Shown here one piece after another: positions 1 to 13,532 of a stretch of DNA of 64,000 nucleotides. The number at the start of each line of letters is the position of its first letter. The stretch's first letter is position 1. This stretch comes from Podarcis liolepis. Lineage: Eukaryota. A program made the translations under genes and the position numbers. The DNA is taken from assembly GCA_965112155.1 (NCBI GenBank), contig OZ218099.1. The stretch is one strand, 5' to 3'. The notes below the pieces were generated by a model, which searched no databases, was not told the origin of the DNA, and saw nothing but the letters and a program-made list of their open reading frames with translations.

Positions 1-1589
1 AAAGTATATAATGGCTACGAGTAAAGTTGTATCCAGAGCCAGGAATGCCTTGAGTTAGTATAGTAAATTTCAGCTCCATACTATTAACTAATGTCATGTT
101 AATTTCCTTTTTAAATATATGTACGTCAAACATAAGGTTAATTAAAGTTAATGGAGTTTTAATACTTACTTTTATGGGCCACTAATTTAACATGAATGCA
201 AATATATTTATAAGTAGACGGGGGGGGGGGTGTCTATATACTGCAACAAACCATGGGGACCAAGAGCTGTCAGAAGCTACTCTGCGGAGTAGTGGCATCA
301 GGTGGAGGCTATTTTGGAAATACTAAATTTAAGGATAAACTATAGACATTCATTTTTATGCTACATGCTTGATTATACTACAAACTTATAATCTCTTAAT
401 GGGGAGCATGTTCTGTTGAACTTAATTGTATTACTTTGGAGTAAAAAACTGAAGTACGCATACTTTAATGTCCTTCCCACTGATATTGTAAAATAACATT
501 TTTCTTTATTAAGGTATGGTCTTTCCTCTTGATACTTTTTGATTTTAATTACCAGCTTTTGATATGAAGGGAAGTGCTGGTGTTCAATATGCACCAACAC
601 TGTTGAGAACAGATATGGTGCATTATTTCCTCGGACAGCTCTACTGGCAGTATCTGTTGAGAGAAATATTTTTGTTTTCCTTAGCAATTTAAGATGCTGA
701 GAAGGCCTCCATTCATATGTAGAATGAACATGAAACACTATATACCTTTGTCGCTTTTATTGACAAATGCATTTTTCAGCTTTGCAGCTGAATTTTACTT
801 TCACTAACAGTTTCATAATTTTAGTCCAAACTAAGTTTTCTTAATGTATTTTCATTTTCTCTACAGCTGTAAAAATAGAAAAACTAAAAAACAAAGAAAA
901 TAAAACTCAAAAGGACTTGAAATTCATTCTTATAGAAATTCAAACATGCTATTCTCTTTATATTTAATTTTTATAATAAAAAGGATAAATGTATAAAAGT
1001 GTTTTATAATATGTGCATTTATATGTAATAGAATATTTTAAAGAGGAGAAAAAACATGAGTTTTCCCTTTAAAGTGGCCAGTATGTTTTTGCTCTGGCAA
1101 TGCTAATGTCTTCTTCGTAGTCTTTTCAAATGAAAATGTAGCAGGATTGGTGTATCTGTTCCATGCTTTTTCAGTTGATAATAATGCGAAGTTGCTAGTT
1201 TGTGAAATCACAGAAGTCTATTGCAATTTTAATGCTGAAATATAAGAACAGATTGAGGAGCATATTTTAAAGCAGTCACAAGTATGCAGTGACTTCCTTG
1301 CTAGTCCATCATTTTTTCAATTATAATACACCAACTCAATTTTCTTTCGACACAACTTGCAAACAAGCATGTAATGAGTAGATATTGTTGTTTTTATTAC
1401 CAGAATAGTCTCCATTTGATTGAATGCAATTTTGCCACCAGTTTACTTTATCGTCTTTCCTTGCCCATCAAGTGAGGCTGAGAATAAAATGTTGTTACTC
1501 AGAACATGCTTGAATTGGTATTTTGATGGGTTTATATAGCAAAGGGACACCCTCTAACATTTCTGCTTCTCCTGAGTTCTTTAAGTCAT

Positions 1590-2290
1590 TTTGAGATATT
1601 TTTGGGTGACACCATATTCTTCTGGATCCACTACTGTCACGTGAGGCAGAGATGGCATCAGTAGTACAGAGTGCTTTTCAGCAGTTGGTGGCCCAACTAC
1701 AACCCTATCTGGACTGGGATAACTTGGCTACTCTAACCTATGCTCTGGAAACCTCAGTACTGAACTATGGCAATGCACTTTACCCAGCTGCCTTTGAAAA
1801 TAGGTTGGGAACTTTAATTAATGCGGAAAGCAGCTGCCCAGCTGTTGACAGGTTTGAGACAAATAGATCACCAATTCTGTTCCCGTTACACAGGCTGCCC
1901 CTGTTCTTCTGAGCCCAGTTCAAAGTCCTGGATAGCTCAGGACCCCAGTATCTTATGGGATGCCTCTTCCAATATGAATCTATCCAGATCCTTAGATTGG
2001 CATTTGAGACTCTGCTGCTCCTCTGAATGAGGCTTGGAGGGTGATGACAAGGGAGAGGGTCTTTTCCATTGTGGTCTTGTCTGTGAAATGCTCTTCAGAG
2101 CTTGGGCTGCCTACTACCTTCCCAGGCTTTTGAAAGACAAAAGAGTGGAGTTTGTATCATTGTTAGTGTGTTGTGAAAGTTTCCTATTGCTGTTATGGGG
2201 ACGATGTGTGCTTTTTTATGTTGTATATGGTATATTATATTTATGTCTATCTTTTTACATGTAAATTGCTTAGAGACTTTTAGGTAACAA
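1590..2290 (+). mobile_element. Degenerate L2 LINE 3' fragment
   Basis: Frameshifted translations (VVQSAFQQLVAQLQPYLDWDNLATLTYALETSVLNYGNALY; LRQIDH..LHRLP) resemble the L2 ORF2 C-terminal region, followed by an L2-like 3' UTR. Ends approximate. Confidence 0.7.
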
Positions 2291-4853
2291 GTAACTATTA
2301 AATAGATAATCATAATATTGTTCCAGTGTTGTGTGAGGAAGAAGTGGATAAAACACAACAACCATTTATCCATGTATTACGTAAATATCATCAAAAGATA
2401 GATGTTGCTTCAGTATTTTGAAATGATCATGAGGTTTGCTTTGCTGAAGAGGCTAGTACCAAATGAACTTTAAATTATATAAATGGTTTGAGTTACTGGA
2501 AGAACAATGAGCAAGTATGCATTTTTTATAATATTGTGCATTCCTCCTTTCCAGTTGCTCATAATTGTTGTTTTCCTGTTGTTATAAATACGTATCTGCA
2601 TTTTCCTGTGTTCTGTTCATAATGCACAGTGGAGGGCTCCCATTGTACACCCTGACACTGTGGTAAATTAAAATCATCATCAAAATGAACGACAAAGAGT
2701 TATATATTCAAAAAGAAATGTAAATAGTAAAAACATTCCCTCTTTGTCTGCAAGGCTGATACATTTAATGGGTTCTTTTCAAATGGTTCAGCGTTACAAA
2801 GAGCACACTACTGCGAAGGAACTGGATTTGAACCAGATGCTATTCCCCCCCCCCCCAAAAAAAAGGTGCTTCACAATCTATGATGTTCTTTCCTCTGTGT
2901 TCTTTCTAGGAATACAAATTAATTCTCCTTTGTTCAGGTGCCCACTTAATCTGATTGGTTTGGCAGACAAAGGAAGTGGAGGTGTTGCCATTTCTTCAAG
3001 ATCCTTAGTGGGATTCTCAGCCTCAACTGGGAACAGGGACAAAAAGAGAGAGGCTCAAAGCCTTCCCTTGTGTAGAGCAACTGGATTTTCCCTTTCACAT
3101 TCTCTCTTCTTCTCTGTTCTTTCACATAAAGATCAAGGACATGTGTATCCGAATGTTCATGAGGCCCAGTTCTTGATACATTGATTTAAACAGAGAGAGA
3201 AGCTTGGCAAGATACAATGTTGAAAAACAGGGTCAAAATCTGAAGTGACTTACTGCTTCTATTTTTAAATAACTCAGTACACTTAAGTTCATGTGAGATA
3301 AGAAGTAAGATCCACATTTTCAGAAAACAACCTCCACTTGATCCACTTGGTGCTTAAAATGCATGCCATTTGGTCAGTTGTGCTCAAGAGTGCCATGATA
3401 TTCAGCATTTCACGGATGAAAACATGGACACTGATATGACCCACTCCCATCCTCACACCAAGGATCACCGCCTATGGCAGCCCTCTCCTCCATACTGAAG
3501 GCTTTCCCCCATCAACTATATATTGTATTTATCTATCCCCCACAAGCTCCTGAAGGAGGTATTTTACTAATTTGGTCATAACACTTTCCCTTTACTATCA
3601 GAGTAGCCATTAGAAGGAGAACAACAGAATGGCAGTTCACATACTTTTAGATTGCTCTACACACGTGAGAATGAGGTGACAGAATTCTAAATCACTAGGT
3701 TACTCCAGGAAGTAGTTGGAATGTAGAATTTTCAAATGCCCTCCCCTACATAAACATTTGCTGCGAGAAAAGAACAAGCATACCAGCAAGAAAGTCTACA
3801 GAGCCCAAATCTCTGCCTGTTATTCTTGTTTCTGCTTACAAGAAGCTTTTGGGTCGAATTCAGCATCACACATTGCAGTTTGCCAGAGAAAACAATTCCC
3901 CTTCTCCTCCCATGTACTGTACTAGGGTTCTTTCAACCCCCCACAGAGCCAATTTGTTGTGCAAGTGGAAGCCGTCACAGAGTGCTTGTGCTGACAGGAA
4001 TCATTAGGTGAATCCCACCCTTGGTTTCTTTATTTTCATTTTTTTAAAAAAAAAAAAGGTAATCCCCCACCCCCCACCCTCTGAAGCGGTACTGGCCATC
4101 TTCCCACTTCATTCTGTTGCATGGGGCATCGTATATTCATTTCACCCTCTCCCTAGATGTAATTTCCCCAGAAATGTGGCAAAGCAGGGCTGAAACCTAA
4201 GAAACTCTTAGTGCATGTATATGCACACCAATGACATTTTTAAAAGGTATCCCCAACATCTCCCCCAAAAGGCAAAATTGAGAAAAAAATGGGTAAGGGG
4301 ACTAGAGAGAGGTACCAGAAATTGAGGATGGTTGCAGAGCGTGTTACACTAACATTTTAATAATTTGAGAAATAGTACAAATTACGTTTGCACATGGTTG
4401 TTGATTTGAAAAAAAGATCATGTGTGCAATTACTGCCAACATGGCATGAGCATATAAAATGTGAAACTTGAGGGCTTCTTTACACAATATGGCTGTGAAT
4501 GCCAAACCTTATCAGTAACACATTTTTTTCATAGCATAGGGACAAAAGTTCTTTGGGGTTGTGGATGTGTAAGAATTAGAACAAGTCGAGCAAGTTCACG
4601 GCATGTGGCTTGAACTGCTGCCTTTATATAGCAGCTGTATCAGATGAAGCAGCCCTGAGGATGAGTTTGTAACCCATTCATAGCAGTTGCAACAGCTGAT
4701 ACTCTTTGATGAATTTACCTTTGCATGGCCACTTCGAATTTTATCTCCATTGTTTCTGAGGCTACGCAGGGCCTACTGGATTCAAGGGCAAAACACTGGT
4801 GTTTTGGAACTGTGTATGCTTCATAGGATAATCCAATACACATAAATTCTAGT

Positions 4854-4971
4854 GGGTTGGATCCAGACTTAGCAACAGTTAAAGAAGACCTAGTGAAATG
4901 ACTTAAGTTATAATAACTAACCTGAACGGTCTATTTCAATGGCTCAATGCTAAGTATGCAATCCACAACCC
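4854..4971. mobile_element. Old palindromic MITE-like element
   Basis: Imperfect inverted ends GGGTTGGATCC...ATCCACAACCC; similar in style to copies at ~9430-9548, ~38339-38440 and ~44264-44367. Confidence 0.4.
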
Positions 4972-6980
4972 GACTAGGTAGTGGGGTTCTTAACAGCAGT
5001 GGGGCCACACCAGTTGTCTTGCTGGTCAAGCTGTAATGGAATTGGGATAACTGTTGGACCCAGTGCCGTCATGTGAAAGCAAGAGCTAGCTTGGGTCAGC
5101 TTAGCTCCTTGTCCTACCTGCTGAGTTCAGTGAGGCTTGCTTCTAGGGAAATGGATATGCAGTTAAAGTAGAGTTGAAGTACCAGAGTACCCATACTATA
5201 GCAGCTTAGGTATGTTTTGGAAACAGACATTTGAAATGTGACATTTTGAATTTTATACATTTATTGACAATTTTTAAATGTTCAAGGGATAATATAATAC
5301 TTTTTGGTTCCACCCCACCTCTCACTTGATTCTTTCCTATCCATACTGTGATAGCATTTCACTGGATAACTGTGAGAATGCCATGGAGTCTAGCAGCAGC
5401 TGCATACCAGCAAGAGTGCTATCACACAGAAATGGCCCAGGCATTTTTAATATCGGGCACTGCTGCTGGATTTGCTGTTGCTAAAACACAGTATGGGGAA
5501 ATTCTAACATACCTCTTCCCATCTCAGTCATTCACATCCTAGACGGTTATTTCACAATGCAATTAGATCCTCCAAGACATTATCCACCTTCCCCCACCTC
5601 TCCGAGAGAAGAGGCAGAGATTTTGCAACATGCAATGGCATGTTGCTGTCAGCCTTATTGAATTCCATAATGGATTGAGGGTGGTGGCCTTGAAAAGTAT
5701 TCCAAAATCATGTTTTCAAAAAAGGTTAAATTGGGTGTTTGGACCCAATGTCACTACAACATTGGGTTCAGCCATGGCCACCAACACTTACTGTGAGCCA
5801 TTAATCTACTCCAAGCTGGACTAGCACTTTACGCAGCATAGGAGTACCACACAAACCCTTGCACAGCAAAGAAGCACCGTGCAGGGGGGCTTTCTTCAAG
5901 GTCGGGGGAAATTAGAGAGGACAGGGGGGATGCTGTTAGTTCTGAGCCTCATCCTTAAGGCTTACTGAGTAGGCTGAACTGCACAAGGTGGTGCTCAGAA
6001 TGGCAGCTGCTGCTGTGCAAGCTTTTATTGTACCACAAAGCACCAGGAGTGGGCTGTTAGTTCCTAAATCCTGTTTAGTGTACAAAAATTGTTTTCCTTA
6101 TAAAACATCCATCATTCTGCCTTCCCCATAACACTGAGTGCACTTGCAAGTGCGAGGATAAATCTAGTTCAGAAACCACTGGATGATTTGTCAACGGGTG
6201 CTTTTAAAAAAATAAATTGCACTATTTATTTTCTGCTTGAAATTCCCTAGTTGGTGGCTAAAGGAAATTCTCTGTTGATCCATATGGTGCATAATGAGTT
6301 TGTTGTAGTGCTTTGATGTGTGAATGCTTAGATATAACAGAAGGATATGGGCACTTACTGACTGGGAAAGCTTTCCGCAAATGTTAAAAGGATGGCTTGT
6401 GTCAGACAAATACAGATTGGATTGTAATGATTTTTAATTTAATAATGGCAACATCCACTTTCACAATTTGAGAGATAACATTGAAAAGGTAGAAATCTAT
6501 CATTTCCTAGTTGTATCCTTTATGAATATATTCATCATTTACCTCTCAGAAAATACAATCTGATAGCTGCAGCAGTGGCTAATTAATTTTTCACTGCAAT
6601 AGGTGTGCGATGAGATTTTTTCTTCCAGATAATTAGTAAGTACTGTAGCCCTGCTCTGCTATTAGATTCACTCAGACAGTTATTCATCACAGGAACTCAA
6701 GGTCTGCAGTGAACTGTCACTACACTTATCTGGCTTAATAAAGATAGTTATATAACAGTTGCTTCCCTCTAGCTGATTGAATTTAATTTCCCAAGCCGCC
6801 ACTGGCTTATAATGCTGAGTGTCGATCTGCAAAAGTGTTTCTCCCCTCTCCTCTGTGCTTTTCTACTTGCATCTGTATTTGAGGGTTATTAGCACAAACC
6901 AGCTCAGAGTGATGGCTTGGACACCAGAGAGTCTAAAAGCCTCTAATAGCCATAATAATAGAGTTGGTTGAAGGATACTG

Positions 6981-7004
6981 GTTGCCTTGGCAACTGTGCA
7001 CGTG
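6981..7004. promoter_or_regulatory. RFX X-box (GTTGCCTTGGCAAC) with adjacent E-box (CACGTG)
   Basis: 6981-6994 differs from the palindromic X-box GTTGCCATGGCAAC at one central base; CACGTG at 6999-7004. Confidence 0.5.
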
Positions 7005-7369
7005 CCATACAAGATAATATAACTGCGCTGGTAGCGAAATCTGCACTGCATTTCTATTCCAGGAGTTTTCTGCCATGTTGTGTTTTACACAGCATCCTAA
7101 ATTTCTGAGCAGACAAATAATGTAGTTAGCTAAGTTAACAGATTCCTTTTTACATAAACAAGAAGCCTTGTGTTGTTTTCCTGAGTCCATAATGTTTGCC
7201 AGTGTGGCGCACAATCCAAAAGCTCACATCTGTCTCTGCTTATGTGTCAGGAGAAGTTTCTTATTTTTCACCATAGCGTCCACAACTCAATCCACTAAAC
7301 AAGGTGTTTTTAAAGCTCCCTAAATATTAGGCATGGGACTAAGAGAAATGGTGTTGTGTCAAGCGCGCG

Positions 7370-7391
7370 CACACACACACACACACACACA
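7370..7391. repeat. (CA)n microsatellite
   Basis: About 11 CA units preceded by a short (GC)n run. Confidence 0.9.
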
Positions 7392-7980
7392 TGTGTGACG
7401 TGCAATCTGTTTGTGCATGCAAATGAATTTGCTGAATTGTGGCCTCTAGATCTCATAGATTCCTGTTAAAATTATATTCTGTATAGGTCACAGCTTTGGC
7501 ACAAAGTCACAGAGACAAATAAGAATGGTAAAATTCTTCATACACCAGAAATGGTTTTAAAAAAAGTATTAAAGTTCCTGTTTAAATAATAGCAATAATA
7601 AACACTCAGTGCCTTTTGAATGCTCAAATTGCATATTACAATAATCTTTGAAATATGACTCTATAAAAAGGGGTGCCAACTCTTTCCTGCCTGTGGGTAC
7701 GTTTGCATTCCAGAGAAATCATCATGTTCCCCTGATGTGTTCTGCAAATCTCCTGTCTCCAGCTGTAACCCCATGCACTTTGATTTGGCTTGGGAGAAAG
7801 TATTTTATTGCCTTCTTCTCTCAAGACTAATGTCAGTGGTGGGGGCAGGACACTCAAGGAAAGGCCTCTGTGTGCAGTAATCCATTGGTGCCGTGTGCTC
7901 TGTAAGGTAGTATTTATTTGAAGATGATGGGAGAATTAAGGTAAAGAGATAGTGGCTTGCCAAAGGCAAAATTGTGACTT

Positions 7981-8339
7981 TGTCACTCAGGTGAGTTTTG
8001 AAGTAGTTACTTCACGGCTCACTCTCTTAACCACATTACAACAACTCTGTTCACAGCCTTAAAAATGATCTTAGATGCTACTTCACAACAACTCTATAAG
8101 ACAGTTTAAAGACTGTGAGCTTAAAGACAGTGACTTGAAAGGCCGGTTATGGCTGTTTTCCGTCCTCCTGGTGAGCGGCGGTTGCGGCCTGACGCGGCAC
8201 CTCCTCTTTTGCCCGGACGCGCCACCCCATCTTACCCGTTCCCCTTGGCCACCACAGAGGCTCACAGGTTCCCGCCAAACCCATCCATTCAAATAGACCA
8301 ATCCGTGGCAGCTCCCCCCCCCCAGGGGGGGTGCTGACA
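7981..8339 (-). mobile_element. Candidate solo LTR (359 bp)
   Basis: Termini TGTCA...TGACA; 5-bp flanks GACTT (7976-7980) and GAATT (8340-8344) match at 4/5; CpG-rich half at 8140-8330. Confidence 0.45.
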
Positions 8340-8987
8340 GAATTCGAATCTGGATATCATTGCTGACATCAAAATCCAGCATTTCAGTGACTGTATAATT
8401 TGCTTGTTGGACATTTCTATCTGTACCAAGATAACAGAATTATGAGACTGTATAGCTACAAGTGCAGTGTAGGTGATGTGATAGACTGAAGTTGGCATGT
8501 GCATCCTCTATACCCCAAACAGATGCCTGGATCATACCCATAGCTGAGGTATCTCAAGGAAAAATAATAGGCATATGTTTTAAACAAGTCAACAGAGTCT
8601 CTGAGGCTGCACACCTTAAAAGTTGGTGATAATGTAAGAGCAGAATTGGTGATTACCTAGTTCTTAGTTCACACACTTACAGCCACAATGCTTTCATTCT
8701 GATGGTATGCTTTGATGGAGCACCTTTCTTTTTTAGAGCAACATTACAGTCCCATCTCTGTAATCACTCTTCAGCCATCCTCACTACGGTGTATGGGAGC
8801 TGAATTACTCCCATTTCAAAGGACCAACACAGCTGCCTTTCTGTACGCACCAGTAGTTCCCTTCTGCTGTTCTTATTTCCATGTGCTTGATTTGCTGATT
8901 ATATTGTCCCTTTTCCCCTCAAGACTATATCATCAACACCATTATCCTCCTCCTCCTCATTATATGCATGCACTCTTTTTCTGTGTG

Positions 8988-9059
8988 TTGAGATTCCTGC
9001 ATTGCAGGGGGTTGTACTAGATGACCCTAAGGATCCATTCCAACTCTACAATTCTATGA
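8988..9059 (+). mobile_element. Short CR1-type 3' end
   Basis: GATTCCTGCATTGCAGGGGGTTG..CTAGATGACC..TTCCAACTCTACAATTCTATGA is a typical CR1 3' terminus. Confidence 0.7.
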
Positions 9060-9429
9060 CGGTGGCAATGGCACTCAGACTAAACTCTGCGTGGAATATC
9101 TTTATCTATCACCCCATGAAACATATATGACTTATTTGGCACTACAGAAAGGATGATGTGCGTCCACCAGCTAAGGCCTCATGATTTTTGATGCAAACTG
9201 ATTCGTATATGTATATATTATTTAAAAGCAGCCACACTCCTTAGTTAGTGGCACATTTTCCATGCTTCCTTGGTGCTGCCCACATCTTCCATTCCTTCTC
9301 TAGAAGGAGAAATGTAGGGGAATTGCAGTGGTTTGGACTTCAGTAGAGAATATGACTCTTCCTATCATTTCCAGATGAATAGCAAAGTTTCATAATATGC
9401 TTAGTAACAGATTAAAAGCAACTGAGCAT

Positions 9430-9548
9430 TGGTTTGGATCCTGACCAAGTTAGTTGAACTTAATTCCCATTAAAATCAAGTAATTGCTAAGTTGTCTCAT
9501 GATTGCAGTGGGGACAGAGTTCAACTAACTTAATTTATATTCAACCCA
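9430..9548. mobile_element. Old palindromic MITE-like element
   Basis: Internal inverted arms AAGTTAGTTGAACT (~9448-9461) and AGTTCAACTAACTT (~9518-9531) with imperfect inverted ends. Confidence 0.5.
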
Positions 9549-11217
9549 CTGGATTTATATATGGTTGCTGACTGCAGATGCCAATTTTTTGGGTTTAGCC
9601 ACTGCACATGTTACTTGATTCTCAAACATTTGGTGAAGGATGAGCAAAAAAAGGCAATCTGTGAATCAGCAGGTGTATCTGCTTAGCTTCAAAATGTTGA
9701 TAAATAGCAATGCCTCGCATGCTTTTCAAGTTCAGTTTTCAGATATATTTTATGCCACTTTTTAACTCTCAGGTTAAGAAGAATTGGAAACAGCAACACG
9801 GAAAAATGGGCTGAGAATAAAACTTCACTGAGGGAGTGTCACAGTCTTACAATGCGCTTGTTTATCCCCATTCTGTTCTGGGGTCCATGGTTTCCCAGGG
9901 CAGCCACTAGTTGAGCAGGAAGTAGGAAGTAGGCCACTGTCCAGTTCACAGCATGCTTGACAATGCATTGCAAACCATGACGAGGGGGATAAAAGAAACA
10001 CTAGCTGCTGCCAGTTCTCCAGAGGAGACAACTGCTTACTATTTTGAAGGTCTCTAACATACTTCTGGCATTTCAGAACCTGTGTTTCCATGTCAAAATC
10101 TGGAATGGAATTCGTATTATCCTGTAAAGTATCAATCTAGCATTGGTTTGTGTATGTCTTGTTTGTGAGATGTTTCCTGCTGAAGATGAACGCTTATGAA
10201 AGGAAAGATTTAGAAATGCTTGTTCCTAACATTGTTATCTTCAGTGATTACCTGCAGGTTTCTTTTACTCTAGTCATCAGCTGTGGGTAATTTGGAATGC
10301 CATTTTCATATTCCCAGTGAGTTCTGTTTTTCTTCAACTTATTATCTTTCTTAAATCATCTTGTTGCAATTCAGAAAAGCATCTGGTTAATTTAATGGCA
10401 ATCCATAACTCCCTTATATTATAACTTCCTTTTGGCTGCCCTGTCTCTTGATATCATTATTTTTTTATTTTATTTTTTGCATCCTTGGAGAGGAGGGTGT
10501 GTTTCATTCTGGCTGACTAAAGCTAATTGGGGGAAATAGTTGTAAGGTCTCCTTTCATTCAGAAACAAACTCATTTTCCATTAAAAAAAATCTTACTGAA
10601 GGAGCTGTTATTTGAGCCTGTGTGGTGCTGTATTACTTTTATGAGAATTTTAGTTTTCTTCAAGCTTCTATGGTGAATGGTACTAGTGAATTTTTATCTT
10701 TTTTATTGTGGAATTTACAACCCTAAAATTAGGAGTGTTAAGCACCCTGCTAGGCATGCTCATCCCTTTGATGCCCTTACACAGGGTCCAGTTTTAGCAG
10801 CCTGACAACTAAGCATATTACCTGAATATGTCCCATTATTTTAACAGACAGTGCTACCACACCAATTCAGGTGCTTACTGTGGATCATGGTATAAAGCAC
10901 ATTACAGAAAAATTGTGCCAGAATATAAGTGCTTAGGACTGAATGTGCCACTAGTGCCTTACCATAACCTGGCCTTCCATTTTCTGATATTTTTCTTCCA
11001 CTGTGAAAGAAGCTTCTGTTTTTCTTCCTCATTCTTAGGGCATTTTAGAATTTCTTTATAATTTCAGTGGATTTGGAACTTACTTTCATCATGATGAGAT
11101 GGCTGAGGGTGGTGTGTATGTTTTGCTTTCTATTAAAAATTGATCCAGTACTGAGTTGCCTTCCTAGCTACCCATGCTTCCTCATCTGGAGGCCCCATGG
11201 GAGGAGTAATGGCATGA

Positions 11218-12272
11218 TGTCATCTCCTAGGCTTTAGCTGAAGCACTGGACACCCTGGGAGGCTGCAGAATACACACCAGAGATGTGGTTTGTAGAATGA
11301 AAGGACGCAGACGGCCATTTATTTTAGCATGCCCTCTTTACTATTCCACAGTACTGTCTGACTCCATCAGTAACTTAGAGAACTACAAGGACAGAACCAG
11401 TAGATAAAGACTGCTTATCCTTGGTGACAGCAGCGGTTTCAGCCTGGCATGGCCTTGGGTGAGCTGGGAGGAGAGAAAGCCTCTCATGCAGTTGGCTGGC
11501 TGGCGTTATCAGCCCAGCCAGCCATGGGGAGTATGGGGCTTCCCTACCTTAAACAGGCCAATTAGAGGCCAGGCAGCAGGATGGGAATTTGGAGACAGAC
11601 CTGGGTAAACCTGTCTTCTCAGGTCCACCTCCAAAATTCAAAAGCAGGCTGTGCCACCTTCCTGCATTCCATCCACCACCCTGGTAGATATTTGGCCCTG
11701 CCTGAAGGTAAGCAAGCAGTGCATCCATATGTCCTTGCCGTGGAGTGAATCCGTCGCTGTATTTGGGGCCAGGGAAGAATTTTCTTTGCAGACCAATCGG
11801 GCCGGTCTGGGTTTTTTGCCTACCTTGCAGCAATTGTCACATCTTTTTGTCACAAAAAGGCATTGGGCTGGATCCTTTTTATAATCGGGGTGGGGGGCAG
11901 GAAGGAACCTTATTTCCCCTATCCTATGGATGAAAGTATCAGGATACCCTGGTAAGGGGGTCCCAAGGGGAAGGGTTATGTCCACATGGCCAGATGGAGG
12001 CTAATGGGCCATAGAACTTCCAAACTTGTCCTGGAGGGATTGTCCGTATCTGATGTGTGTCAAATGGGAAGCCCAACTGGCTGGTTCAGAGCAATAAACG
12101 GGGAGGAAAAAATCCCGAAGGGGTAGCAACCTGCATCCTATCAAACACAAATCCTCCTGAAGGGATTTGGGTCATCTTTAAAATTTCATAGAGCTTTATC
12201 AGCTCCCAGTGAAAGCTCTGAAATGGTGCTGCCTAGCTCTGCCTCATTGAGATCCTAGTTCAAGTTTTCACA
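11218..12272 (-). mobile_element. LTR-like segment, boundaries uncertain
   Basis: GC-richer block. Minus strand has TATAAAAAGG (~11874-11883), AATAAA (~11317-11322) and ends in ...GATGACA; possible start TGTGAAAA at 12272. No convincing TSD. Confidence 0.3.
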
Positions 12273-13151
12273 CATTGCCCAGTATGGGCTGGGGGAGTCT
12301 GTGAAATTTGAAGGGGCTTGCATGCTGTTGCTTGGGGGGGATTGGCATCCCACTTAACCCCCCACTTAACTTCAGCACCAACAAGCCTCCTTGGATCTTT
12401 ACCTTACAGGGAGAAACTCTTTTTCTTCTTCCGCCATAAGGAGATACACCTCCCATGAAAGAGAAAATATGAAAGAGAAGGAGAGAACTTTCTGACCTTC
12501 TGTGCCATTTTTTCAAGAAGAGAAGGCATTTTATTTTTGAAAACCTCCATGCTGTGTGTGTTGCGGAGAGCGGTCTCTTCCTTTTCTCTTCATCTACCAC
12601 TCCCCACGAGTGAGGCATCATCTTGTGAATGGAGGAAGAAAAAATAAACACTTCTTAGCTCACTTTTATTCTTCCCTGAAATGAGCTGGGGAGGAAATTT
12701 AGGGATTTTCTTTTTCAAATTTGTAGACTTTCATCCTCAAAATAAATTAAAAAACTAGGCTGATGATGGGGGAGACCCCAAAAAGGCTGCCACTTATCTA
12801 AAATAGGCACTTAATAATTTTAATTTTGTTACTTTTTGTTTTCTAGGTATTTTGAGCTCCCTTGTTTATTTATTTTACAAAGTGTTCACCAGTATCATAC
12901 AGAACATTTTTATATGTGGCTAAACTACAAAGGGTTCAAATGCAAGGGACAAATTAAGGAAATCAGCAAAAACAAGGTTTATAATTAGAAAATGGGGTAC
13001 CTTGGAATACAAAACATAAATATAAGATGCATTTCTAAAACAATCTGTATCCCATGGGAGTAGGGCATATAATTTATTGAGCTATCATTCTAAGATCAAA
13101 AATCCATTTTCCAAAGGTTGTGATGACGTTGACATATTGGCCATGACCAAT

Positions 13152-13176
13152 AAAACAAAACAAAACAAAACAAAAC
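13152..13176. repeat. (AAAAC)5 microsatellite
   Basis: Seen directly. Confidence 0.85.
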
Positions 13177-13532
13177 CCAGAACTCACCGGTACTCAGTTC
13201 TGGCACCTCTCAGGTAGGCATCATTTCCATTCTAAGAGAACAAGGGAGTCATCACAACCTAGGATCATAATATTTTGCAGGTTTCAATTTGTACTTGCAA
13301 AATTAATTGTCACAAAATGATTAAAACCTAACACAGTAAACCACAATTTCAGGAAAAGAAAACTATTCAGTAGAAAAGCATGTTAATATATAGTGGGCCA
13401 GCTGAAGGTATTATTGGATGATGTAGACCGGGGGTCGGCAACCTGCGGCTCCAGAGCCGCATGCGGCTCTTTAAAGCCTTTGCTGCGGCTCCGGGGCGGT
13501 GGCGAGGGGAGGAGGCGAGGGGCGGAGGTGAC

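Noticed and set aside
373-3184. ORFs of 121 aa (373-738) and 146 aa (2744-3184) and similar short ORFs elsewhere
   Set aside because: No recognisable protein similarity, often non-ATG starts; expected by chance or derived from LINE debris.
3401-3420. RE1-like TTCAGCATTTCACGGATG
   Set aside because: Both half-sites are degenerate.
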